Source: an uncultured Gammaproteobacteria bacterium (GTDB lineage: Bacteria > Patescibacteriota > Patescibacteriia > SG8-24 > DYFX01). From it: 55,632 nucleotides of DNA. The DNA lies in contig CAYOJH010000003.1 in NCBI GenBank assembly GCA_964404275.1, positions 16,879 to 72,510 of the forward strand, given 5' to 3'. A program made the translations under genes and the position numbers. This document shows positions 7,152 through 15,467 of this stretch, one piece after another (position 1 is the stretch's first letter; each line of letters begins with the position of its first letter). A model generated the notes under the pieces. It was not told where the DNA came from. It did no database searches and worked only from the letters and a program-made list of their open reading frames with translations.

Positions 7152-9143
7152 GTGGAACCGCACGCGCATAATCTTTTAGGGGAGCATACGCCTCCGCGCA
7201 AAAAGAACGGGAAGCATGTCCTCTACGGCCTGCTCGGATTTTTGGGCGTCGTGATCATGATCGCCGCGGCGATCGCCGTGCCGGCCTTGGCGGCGGCGCG
7301 CGAAGTCTACGCGCAGGCGCTGGCCGGGCGCGACGCGATGTTCAGCGCCAAGACGGCGGCCGAACAGCTCGACTTCGCGACCGCCTCTGCGCGCCTCGAC
7401 GAAGCCGCGCAGCGTTTTCAGGCCGCCGAGAACGCAGATGCGAAACTGAAGACCGTCGAAGCACTGCCGTTTTTCCGGAAAGATCTCCAAGGCGTCTCGG
7501 ATCTTCTTGAAGGCGGACGCGAAGCCTCGCTGGCGCTCAAGCAGGCGATCGACGTCGGCGCCGATCTGGTCGGCGTCTTGAAGAGCGGAAACGCCGCGGT
7601 CGGAAGCGTGCCGGATCTTTCGACCGACGCGCGATCGGTCTCGTCGCTTTCGCGCGAAGAGAAGCGCGTGCTCCTCCAGAATCTTTCGGAAGCGCCGGAT
7701 CGGCTGGCCATCGCGCGCACCTCGCTTGAAAAAGCGATCGCGGCTTGGGATCGCGTGCCGAAAACGCCGCTGACCGAAGGCGTGCTGGCCTCGATCGCGC
7801 CGTACAAGGCGCAGCTCCAAACGCTGCACGATCTGATGAACAAGGATCTGTCGCCGCTCGCGATGCTGCCGTCGATCCTCGGCTACCCGGCGCCGAAGAC
7901 GTATCTCTTTTTGATGCTCAACAACACGGAGCTCAGGCCCGGCGGCGGCTTCATCGGCACCTACGGCATTTTGAAAATCCAGGACGGCGAGATCGCCTCG
8001 TTCTTCACGGATGATATTTACGCGATCGACGGCCCGTCCGAGTCGTACATGCACGAAACGCCGCCCGCGCCGCTCGCGAAATATCTGCGCGTGCCGAGTT
8101 GGTACATGCGCGACGCGAACTGGTCGCCGGATTTCGCCGTCTCCGCGCTGAACGTCGAGAAGTTCTATCACCTTGAAGGCGGCAAGGAGCAGATCGACGG
8201 CGTGATCGGCATGACGCCGACCGTCATCTCGAAGCTCTTGGCCATGACGGGACCGATCACGATCGACGGCTCGACCTTCACGGCGGACAATGTGGTCGAC
8301 GAGCTTGAGTATCGCGTTGAAGTCGCGTTCTGGAACAACGGCACGCCGGAAGCGCAGCGCAAGGACGTGGTCGGCAAGCTTGGACAGGAGCTGATCGGGC
8401 GGATGTTCAGCACGAAGCTCTCGAATCTTTCGCAGCTGGCCGACATCGCGCAGCAGTCGCTCGCCGAGAAGCAACTCATGGCCTCCTTTCATGACTCTTC
8501 GCTGGAAGCCTTCGCCGACGGCAGCGGCTGGTCCGGACGTTTCCGCACCGGGCCGGACGATCAGCTGGCCGTCATCGACGCGAACCTGGCCTCGCTCAAG
8601 ACCGACGCGGTCATGGACAAGAAAATTTCCTATACGCTGAAACCGGATGGCGATTCTTGGATCGCGCACGCCGCGATCACCTACAAGAACAACGGCCACT
8701 TCAATTGGAAGACGACGCGCTATCGCACCTACACGCGTTTTTACGTGCCGCTCGGCTCGACCTTCATCAAGGGCGACGGGATGATGGTCGATGATAAGCT
8801 CAACGATCCGAAGCGGCGGCCGGGCACGATCGACGTGGATACGGATCTCGGACACGCCGTTTTCGGCGGCTTCATTTCCGTCGAACCGGGGGAGACGCGC
8901 ACGCTTTCGGTCGAGTATCGCGTCTCGGACGCGGTCGCGCGGCTCATCCGAAGCAACGCCTACCAGCTTGACGTCCAGAAGCAGCTCGGCACCCTTGCCA
9001 ACGGTTTGACGCTCGATCTCGATTTTGGTAAGAACGTAGCGCGCGCGACGCCCTCGGAACCGCAAAGCCAATGGGGCGATTCGCACTACCGCTTGTCCAC
9101 GGATCTCCGCACCGATCGCCAGTTCTCGGTCGGCCTCCAGTAA
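7152..9143 (+). CDS. DUF4012-domain membrane-anchored protein
   Basis: N-terminal TM, helical region, then YLFLMLNNTELRPGGGFIGTYG, RDANWSPDF and IDGVIGMTP. GTG start inferred from the promoter position. Confidence 0.85.
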   Translation: MEPHAHNLLGEHTPPRKKNGKHVLYGLLGFLGVVIMIAAAIAVPALAAAREVYAQALAGRDAMFSAKTAAEQLDFATASARLDEAAQRFQAAENADAKLKTVEALPFFRKDLQGVSDLLEGGREASLALKQAIDVGADLVGVLKSGNAAVGSVPDLSTDARSVSSLSREEKRVLLQNLSEAPDRLAIARTSLEKAIAAWDRVPKTPLTEGVLASIAPYKAQLQTLHDLMNKDLSPLAMLPSILGYPAPKTYLFLMLNNTELRPGGGFIGTYGILKIQDGEIASFFTDDIYAIDGPSESYMHETPPAPLAKYLRVPSWYMRDANWSPDFAVSALNVEKFYHLEGGKEQIDGVIGMTPTVISKLLAMTGPITIDGSTFTADNVVDELEYRVEVAFWNNGTPEAQRKDVVGKLGQELIGRMFSTKLSNLSQLADIAQQSLAEKQLMASFHDSSLEAFADGSGWSGRFRTGPDDQLAVIDANLASLKTDAVMDKKISYTLKPDGDSWIAHAAITYKNNGHFNWKTTRYRTYTRFYVPLGSTFIKGDGMMVDDKLNDPKRRPGTIDVDTDLGHAVFGGFISVEPGETRTLSVEYRVSDAVARLIRSNAYQLDVQKQLGTLANGLTLDLDFGKNVARATPSEPQSQWGDSHYRLSTDLRTDRQFSVGLQ

Positions 9144-9153
9144 TTTCCCGCGA

Positions 9154-10161
9154 ATGTTCATCAAGAAGATCGGCATCGACCTCGGCACCACGACGGTCCT
9201 GGTCTACGCACCCAAGCGCGGCATCATCATGAACGAGCCGTCGGTCGTGGCCATCTCCACGATCGACAGGAAAATTTTGGCCGTCGGCAAAGAAGCGAAG
9301 GAAATGCTTGGCCGCACGCCCGACACGATCGTGGCCGTGCGCCCGCTCAAGGAAGGCGTGATCGCCGACTACAAGACGACCGAAGCCATGCTTCGGTATT
9401 TCATCAACAAAGCCGTCGGCGGCGTGCGTGTTTTCCGTCCCGAAGTCATGGTCGCCGTCCCGGGCGGCATCACCTCCGTCGAGCGCCGCGCCGTCATCGA
9501 CGCGACCATCGCCGCCGGCGCCCGCGCGGCCTACATCATCAAGGAACCCGTGGTGGCCGCGATCGGCGCGGACATCCCGATCGGCTCGCCTTCGGGCCAC
9601 ATGATCATCGACATCGGCGGCGGCACCGCCGAGATGGCCGTCATTTCTTTGGGCGGCATCGTCGCGTCGGATTCGGTGCGCATCGGCGGCAATAAATTGG
9701 ACGGCGCCATTACCGAGCACGTCCGCCGCAAGTACGGCATGACGATCGGCGAGCGCACGGCCGAAGACATCAAGATCCAGATCGGCTCCGCGCTCTATTT
9801 GGACGAAAAACTTTCGATGGAAGTCAAGGGCCGCGACATGATCACCGGCCTGCCGCGCACGATCACCGTCACTTCCGACGACGTGACCGACGCGATCCAG
9901 AACGAACTCGAAGAACTGATCGCCGCCACCAAAGAAGTCCTGCGCCGCACGCCGCCGGAACTCTCCGCCGACGTCATGGAAAAGGGGATGATCCTCTCGG
10001 GCGGCTCCTCGCAGCTCCGCAACTTGGATCGCCTCTTGGCAAAAGCCACGGGCGTTCCGGCCTACGTCGCCGACGAACCGCAGCTCTGCGTCGTCAAAGG
10101 CACCGGCATCGCGCTCGAAAACTTGGAAAGCTACAAGCGCTCGATCCTGGCGATGCGCTAA
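9154..10161 (+). CDS. mreB: Rod shape-determining actin MreB/Mbl
   Basis: IGIDLGTT, NEPSVVA, DIGGGTAE and LSGGSSQL motifs. Confidence 0.97.
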   Translation: MFIKKIGIDLGTTTVLVYAPKRGIIMNEPSVVAISTIDRKILAVGKEAKEMLGRTPDTIVAVRPLKEGVIADYKTTEAMLRYFINKAVGGVRVFRPEVMVAVPGGITSVERRAVIDATIAAGARAAYIIKEPVVAAIGADIPIGSPSGHMIIDIGGGTAEMAVISLGGIVASDSVRIGGNKLDGAITEHVRRKYGMTIGERTAEDIKIQIGSALYLDEKLSMEVKGRDMITGLPRTITVTSDDVTDAIQNELEELIAATKEVLRRTPPELSADVMEKGMILSGGSSQLRNLDRLLAKATGVPAYVADEPQLCVVKGTGIALENLESYKRSILAMR

Positions 10162-10168
10162 GTGGCGT

Positions 10169-10209
10169 GCCACGTCGTTCGCGAACGACGTGGCGGGTTC
10201 TTGTTTTTT
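10169..10209 (+). terminator. mreB terminator built on a perfect 26-bp palindrome
   Basis: GCCACGTCGTTCGCGAACGACGTGGC (10169-10194) is self-complementary and is followed by GGGTTCTTGTTTTTT. Confidence 0.7.
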
Positions 10210-10255
10210 CATACCGCCAGGTTTAAGGTGCGCCCAACGTTCTTTGGAGGTTCCC

Positions 10256-10654
10256 ATGTCGGAAAAAGCGCGCGCGGTGGCGATGATTGTCACGAATGGA
10301 GACGGTCGGTACTTGCTGCAGATGCGCGACAGCCAGGGAACCAGTCCGCTGCTCTGGTGCCTGTTCGCCGGCTCCATGGAAGCGGGAGAGTCGTATTTCG
10401 ACGCGGCCGTGCGCGAGTTCCATGAAGAGACGGGACTGCGCTTCGGTCCGGTGCGATTCGCGCTGGTCGGGACGATCGAAAACGCGACGCACGTGATTCA
10501 CGTGCTGCGCCTCGACGCCGCGGTCGGCTGGCCATTCGCTCTTTATGAAGGCGCCGGCTGCGGCTTCTTCACGCGCGACGAGGTCGAGGGCTTGCGACTG
10601 CGCGGCTGCCTCACCCGATGGATGTGGACGGTTCTGGAACGCGGTTGGATCTGA
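10256..10654 (+). CDS. NUDIX hydrolase
   Basis: Nudix box GSMEAGESYFDAAVREFHEETG. GGAGG SD 5 nt upstream. Putative promoter TTGTTT-17-TAAGGT (10201-10229). Confidence 0.85.
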   Translation: MSEKARAVAMIVTNGDGRYLLQMRDSQGTSPLLWCLFAGSMEAGESYFDAAVREFHEETGLRFGPVRFALVGTIENATHVIHVLRLDAAVGWPFALYEGAGCGFFTRDEVEGLRLRGCLTRWMWTVLERGWI

Positions 10655-10658
10655 CGCG

Positions 10659-10686
10659 GCCGAGCCTTGGCTCGGCTTTTCTTTTT
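10659..10686 (+). terminator. Intrinsic terminator
   Basis: GCCGAGCC-TT-GGCTCGGC-TTTTCTTTTT. Confidence 0.8.
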
Positions 10687-10715
10687 GTCGCCCCGGTCGT
10701 GTTACACTTGGACAT

Positions 10716-11690
10716 ATGCAATTCCGCTGGAGCTGGAACCGCTGGCCGCTCGCGCTGATCGTCTTTTTCCTGGCCGCGCCGGCCGCGCTGGCGCACGAAA
10801 AATGGTACGTCGATGAACACGCCATCCCGCCCGGACCGCCGATCTTCTTGCGCGTCTCTCTCGAGTTCGCGCTGATCGCCGTGGTCGTCGCCTTCGCGCT
10901 GTTCGTCGGCGCGGTCTGGCTCGACCGCCGCCTGGACAAGGGCAAGCTCATGCGCTGGTTCGACGAGCGCATGGCGCGCTCGCGCATCAATCCGCACGCG
11001 GTCCTGGGCGCGCTGCTCGGCGCCTCGCTGATGGGCGCGGGGCTCCAGCACACGCTGTTCGCTCCGAACCTCGAGCTGCCGGCGACCTTCGTGGGCGCGG
11101 CGGTCGCCGTCTGCGAGATCGGCCTCGGCACGCTGTTCCTGTTCATGGAGCCGTTCTATCCCGAGCTCGGCATCGCGCTGCTCGCGCTGTTCATGGTCGG
11201 CTTCCGGTTTTTCGAGGCGCATGATCTGCTCGAGGAACTGATGCTTCCCGGCATCGCGCTGTTCTTCATCGCCAATGAAACGGTCCGCGCGCCGTGGCGG
11301 AAATGGAACACGCCGGAGCGCCGCCGCCAAGGCTATCACGCCTTCCGCATCCTGACGGGCCTGAACTTCCTGATCCTGTCGACGGTCAAATGGCTGCGGC
11401 CCGAGCTCGCCCTGACGATCGTGCAGCAGTATCACATCAACTTCCTATGGTGGCTGCACGTCAGCGACCTGCAATTCATCTTCTTCGCCGCGATCGTCGA
11501 GACGGCCGTCGCGTTCTGCTTGCTGCTGCGCGTGGCCTTCCGTCCGGCGATTTTCGTCTCGTTCGTCTTCTTCACGCTTTCAATCTATTTCCTCGGTTTC
11601 CGGGAATTGCTCGGCCACCTGCCGATCAAAGCGACGCTGTTCTTGTTCTTCGTCTACGGCCACTGGCACAAAGGCGAGACGAAGCCGTAA
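10716..11690 (+). CDS. Polytopic membrane protein, DoxX-like
   Basis: Signal/TM then AHEKWYVD, about 9 hydrophobic helices, LFAPNL. TGT-TACACT lies 7 nt before the ATG. Confidence 0.6.
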   Translation: MQFRWSWNRWPLALIVFFLAAPAALAHEKWYVDEHAIPPGPPIFLRVSLEFALIAVVVAFALFVGAVWLDRRLDKGKLMRWFDERMARSRINPHAVLGALLGASLMGAGLQHTLFAPNLELPATFVGAAVAVCEIGLGTLFLFMEPFYPELGIALLALFMVGFRFFEAHDLLEELMLPGIALFFIANETVRAPWRKWNTPERRRQGYHAFRILTGLNFLILSTVKWLRPELALTIVQQYHINFLWWLHVSDLQFIFFAAIVETAVAFCLLLRVAFRPAIFVSFVFFTLSIYFLGFRELLGHLPIKATLFLFFVYGHWHKGETKP

Positions 11691-11702
11691 GATAGTCGGC
11701 CT

Positions 11703-12848
11703 ATGGCATTGATCGGCATCGACGCCTCGCGCGCCAACGCCCACGAGCGCACGGGCACCGAATGGTATTCCTACGAGTTGATCCAGGCCCTGAAGAAGAT
11801 CCAGGTGCCCGGCTTGGAATTCCTCCTGTATTCGAAGAAATTCCTGCGCGACGGTTTGGAAAATTTTCCGCCGGGCTGGGACGGAAAAATCCTGTATTGG
11901 CGCACGCAGCGGTTTTGGAACCAGTTTCGCCTCTCGTGGGAGCTCTGGCGGCATCCGGTCGATCTCTTCTTCCAGCCGACGCACACGCTGCCGCTCTTCA
12001 GGCCGAAGCGCGTCGTGGTCACGCTGCACGACATCGGCTTCGAGAAATTCCCGCAGCTCTACCGCGCCGCCGAGCTGCGCTATCACCGCTACTCCGCGCA
12101 GCTGGCCGTCCGCCGCGCCAATCGCTTGATCACCGTCTCGGAATTTTCTCGCCGTGAGATCCTTGAGCGCTACACGCTGCCGCCCGATCGCGTCGTCGCG
12201 ATCCCCCTGGCCGTCGATCCGAAACGCTATCATCCCGACGTCTCCGAAGCGGACAAAGAAGCCGTGCTCGCGAAGTACCGCCTCTCGCGCCCATTCTTCA
12301 TCTACGCGGGCCGTCTCGAGGAAAAAAAGAATCTCGCGAATCTCGTGCATGCCTTTTCGATCTTCAAGAGCGCGCGCGGCATCGGCGATCCGGTCAAGCT
12401 CTTGCTGGTCGGCACGCCCGGCTTCGGCTTCGCGCGCATCGCGCAGGAAATCGCCGCGCGCAAGCTGGAGCATGACGTTATTCTGCCGGGCTACGTGCCG
12501 GAAGCGGAAATGCCCGCCTTGATCGCGGCCGCCAAGCTGCTGCTGCTGCCTTCGTGGTACGAGGGCTTCGGCTTGCCGATTCTTCAAGCGCAGGCTTGCG
12601 GCACGCCGGTCATCGCCGCCCACGCCGCCTCGATGCCGGAAGTCGGCGGCGAGGCCGCGCGCTACGCCAAGCCGGACGAACCGGAAGATTTCGCGCGCGC
12701 CATGAAGATCTTGATGGACGAATCGTCCGCGTGGGAACGCTGCCGCGCGCTCGGCCTCGAGAATGTCAAGCGTTTTTCCTGGGACGAAACCGCGCGCCGC
12801 ACGATGAACGTCCTGCTTGAAGTGCTCGGCATCCAACATCAGGTATGA
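11703..12848 (+). CDS. GT4 (group 1) glycosyltransferase
   Basis: IGIDAS, TLHDIGFE, YAGRLEEKKN and LLPSWYEGFGLPILQAQACGTPVI motifs. Confidence 0.92.
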   Translation: MALIGIDASRANAHERTGTEWYSYELIQALKKIQVPGLEFLLYSKKFLRDGLENFPPGWDGKILYWRTQRFWNQFRLSWELWRHPVDLFFQPTHTLPLFRPKRVVVTLHDIGFEKFPQLYRAAELRYHRYSAQLAVRRANRLITVSEFSRREILERYTLPPDRVVAIPLAVDPKRYHPDVSEADKEAVLAKYRLSRPFFIYAGRLEEKKNLANLVHAFSIFKSARGIGDPVKLLLVGTPGFGFARIAQEIAARKLEHDVILPGYVPEAEMPALIAAAKLLLLPSWYEGFGLPILQAQACGTPVIAAHAASMPEVGGEAARYAKPDEPEDFARAMKILMDESSAWERCRALGLENVKRFSWDETARRTMNVLLEVLGIQHQV

Positions 12849-13774
12849 CCGACCCTTTCGCGACCATCATCGGACACGAGCGCCTCGTCCGCCGCCTGCG
12901 GACGATGCTTGAACGCGGCGCGTTTCCGCACGCGGCCGTCTTTCATGGTCCGCGCCACGCCGGGAAGACGACGCTGGCCCTCGCCGCCGCTTCCGCGCTG
13001 CTCGACCTGGCACCGGACGGTGCAGGTCTCGGCGCGGAGCGGCCGCAAGCGCATCCCGATTTCCGCCTGATCGAGCGCCCGCGCGACGAGAAAACCGGCA
13101 AGCTGAAGAAGCAGATCCCGATCCAGGCGATCCGCGAAATGCAGGAGCATCTGCGCCTGAGCGCGTTCTTGGGCGGCGCCAAAGTCGCGGTGATCGACGG
13201 CGCCGACGCGCTGAGCGAAGAGGCTGCCAATGCGCTTCTCAAGACGCTCGAAGAGCCGGCGGCGCGTTCCTACGTGCTCCTCTGCGCCGAAGACCTGAAC
13301 CGCCTGCCGAAAACGGTGCTGAGCCGATCGGCGCTGTTCGAGCTGCGCCATCTGCCGGACGCGGCGCTCTCCGAAGCGCTGGCCGCGCGCGGACTCGACG
13401 CCTACGAAGCGGCCCGCCTGGCCGCTCGGGCCGACGGGCGACCGGGGCTCGCGCTCGGCTTTCTGGAACGCGGCGATATGCTAAACTGGTACGAGACGGA
13501 GGAACGCCGCTGGCAGGCGCTTCGAGGCGCGCCGCCGCACCGCCGCCTGGCGGAATGCGCCGCGCTCGCGCCGGCCCGATCCGATCGCGAGGAAACGGTC
13601 GAGCGCCTGCGCGACGTGATCGATCTCTGGCAAGGCGCGCTCCGGCGCGAACTGAAAGCGGGGGAGCCGACCGCCGGCGGAAATCTCCGGCGTCTCCAAA
13701 CGCTGCGCGCCTCGCTCGACGCCAACGTGCAACCGCGCTTGCTTCTCGAAAAATTCGCTCTTACTTTGCAATGA
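12845..13774 (+). CDS. holB: DNA polymerase III subunit delta-prime
   Basis: IIGHE, GPRHAGKTT, HPDF, IPIQAIREM, KVAVIDGADALSEEAANALLKTLEEP and SRS motifs. Confidence 0.9.
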   Translation: MTDPFATIIGHERLVRRLRTMLERGAFPHAAVFHGPRHAGKTTLALAAASALLDLAPDGAGLGAERPQAHPDFRLIERPRDEKTGKLKKQIPIQAIREMQEHLRLSAFLGGAKVAVIDGADALSEEAANALLKTLEEPAARSYVLLCAEDLNRLPKTVLSRSALFELRHLPDAALSEALAARGLDAYEAARLAARADGRPGLALGFLERGDMLNWYETEERRWQALRGAPPHRRLAECAALAPARSDREETVERLRDVIDLWQGALRRELKAGEPTAGGNLRRLQTLRASLDANVQPRLLLEKFALTLQ

Positions 13775-13778
13775 CGGT

Positions 13779-14849
13779 ATGAGAACGTTTCCAAAAACGC
13801 TGGCCATCGCTTCGGTCCTGTTGTTGCTCGGCGCGGGCTGCATCCAAATCACCGGCACCGGCGGCGCGTCCGGCTCCGACGGCGGCGTCTTCCGTTCGAC
13901 GGATCGCGGCGCGACCTGGCAGCAGAAGTCCAGCATCGCCTCGGTCGGACAGGCCCGCAGTTTTTCCGGCTCGAACGTGACCGCGCTGGCCCAGGATCCG
14001 TCCGACCATAAAGCGATCTACGCCGGCACCGAAAGCGGGCTCTTCTATTCGTATGACGGCGCGGAATCGTGGCAAGGCGCGGCCGCGCTCGGCGCGGTCA
14101 ACGTCTTGTCGATCGCGGTCAGCCCGGCCGACAAATGCACGGTCTACGTCGCGTACGCCAACCGGGTGATGCGCACGACCGACTGCTCTCGGACCTGGTC
14201 GAACGTCTATTACGATTCGCGCGCCGACACGCTCATGCGCAGCGTGGCGATCGATCATTTCAACCCCTCGACGATCTACGCCGCCACCAGCCAAGGCGAC
14301 CTCTTGAAGAGCGGGGACGCCGGCGCCTCCTGGACGCCCGTCCATCGCTTCGAGAACGAAGTGCTGCAAGTGCTGATGGCCGCCGCCGATTCGCGCATGC
14401 TTTACGTCGCTACGCGCAACAAGGGCGTCTGGAAATCGAGCGACGGCGGCGCGACCTGGACCGATCTCAGTCCCGGCATGGGCGACTTCGCCGGCGCGCT
14501 CGACCATCTCGTCTTGGCCGAAGACGTCGCGCGCGGCAACAGCCTCCTGGCCGCTTCGAATTACGGCCTGCTGCGCTCGACCGACGGCGGCGCGACCTGG
14601 AAAGCGATCCCGCTCTTGACGCCGCCCGGCTCAACCGTTATCTATTCCCTAGCGGTCAGCCCCAAAGATTCGAACTTCATCGTTTACGGTACGATCAACA
14701 CGCTCTATCGCTCGGTTGACGGCGGCGGCAAGTGGACGACCTCCAAGCTGCCGACGACCCGCGCCGCGACGTCGCTCCTGATCGATCCCGCCAACGATTC
14801 GACGATCGACATGGGCACGACCGCCTTCAAACAAAACACCGGTTTCTGA
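13779..14849 (+). CDS. Lipoprotein with BNR/Asp-box beta-propeller (sortilin/YCF48-like)
   Basis: Lipobox LLGAGC. Repeated SxDGGxTW Asp-boxes (STDRGATW, SYDGAESW, SGDAGASW, SSDGGATW, STDGGATW, SVDGGGKW). Confidence 0.85.
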   Translation: MRTFPKTLAIASVLLLLGAGCIQITGTGGASGSDGGVFRSTDRGATWQQKSSIASVGQARSFSGSNVTALAQDPSDHKAIYAGTESGLFYSYDGAESWQGAAALGAVNVLSIAVSPADKCTVYVAYANRVMRTTDCSRTWSNVYYDSRADTLMRSVAIDHFNPSTIYAATSQGDLLKSGDAGASWTPVHRFENEVLQVLMAAADSRMLYVATRNKGVWKSSDGGATWTDLSPGMGDFAGALDHLVLAEDVARGNSLLAASNYGLLRSTDGGATWKAIPLLTPPGSTVIYSLAVSPKDSNFIVYGTINTLYRSVDGGGKWTTSKLPTTRAATSLLIDPANDSTIDMGTTAFKQNTGF

Positions 14850-14859
14850 ACCTGACCGT

Positions 14860-15414
14860 ATGAAAACCCTGATCGACGAGTTCCGTCCCGAGTTCGAGCA
14901 CGTCATCGAATTCTTCAAATCCGATCTGAGCAGCCTTCGGACCGGCCGCGCCAACGCCGCCTTGGTCGAAGATCTTCCCGTCGAAGCCTACGGCAGCATG
15001 ATGAACATCAAAGGTGTCGCCTCGGTGCTCGTGCCCGACGCCAAGACGATCATGATCGAGCCTTGGGACAAGGCGCTGACCAAGGAAATCGAGAAGGCGA
15101 TCCGCCAGGCGCCGATCGGCGTGAACCCCGTCGTCGACGGCAGCCGCGTCCGCGTGACGCTGCCGCCTCTCACCGAAGACGGCCGTCGCGAACTCACGAA
15201 AATCGTCGGTAAGAAGGCGGAAGAAGCCCATATCGGCCTGCGGTCCGTGCGCGAAACGATCAAGGACGAGCTCAACCGCCTGGAGAAGGCCAAAGACATC
15301 TCCGAAGACGACCGTTTCCGGCTTCAGGAAGCGCTCGAGGCGCAGGTCAAGCTCTGGAACGACAAAGTCCGCGACATGGCGGCCGAAAAAGAGCAGGAAA
15401 TCATGACGATCTAG
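14860..15414 (+). CDS. frr: Ribosome recycling factor
   Basis: LRTGRANAALV, IEPWDK, GVNPVVDG, PPLTEDGR and ISEDD motifs. Confidence 0.97.
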   Translation: MKTLIDEFRPEFEHVIEFFKSDLSSLRTGRANAALVEDLPVEAYGSMMNIKGVASVLVPDAKTIMIEPWDKALTKEIEKAIRQAPIGVNPVVDGSRVRVTLPPLTEDGRRELTKIVGKKAEEAHIGLRSVRETIKDELNRLEKAKDISEDDRFRLQEALEAQVKLWNDKVRDMAAEKEQEIMTI

Positions 15415-15417
15415 AAC

Positions 15418-15446
15418 AAAAAGCGCCTCTAACGGAGGCGCTTTTT
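15418..15446. terminator. Bidirectional intrinsic terminator; extended -10 TGT-TAAACT follows at 15448-15456
   Basis: AAAAA-GCGCCTC-TAACG-GAGGCGC-TTTTT. Confidence 0.85.
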
Positions 15447-15467
15447 GTGTTAAACTGAAAGCACGTT

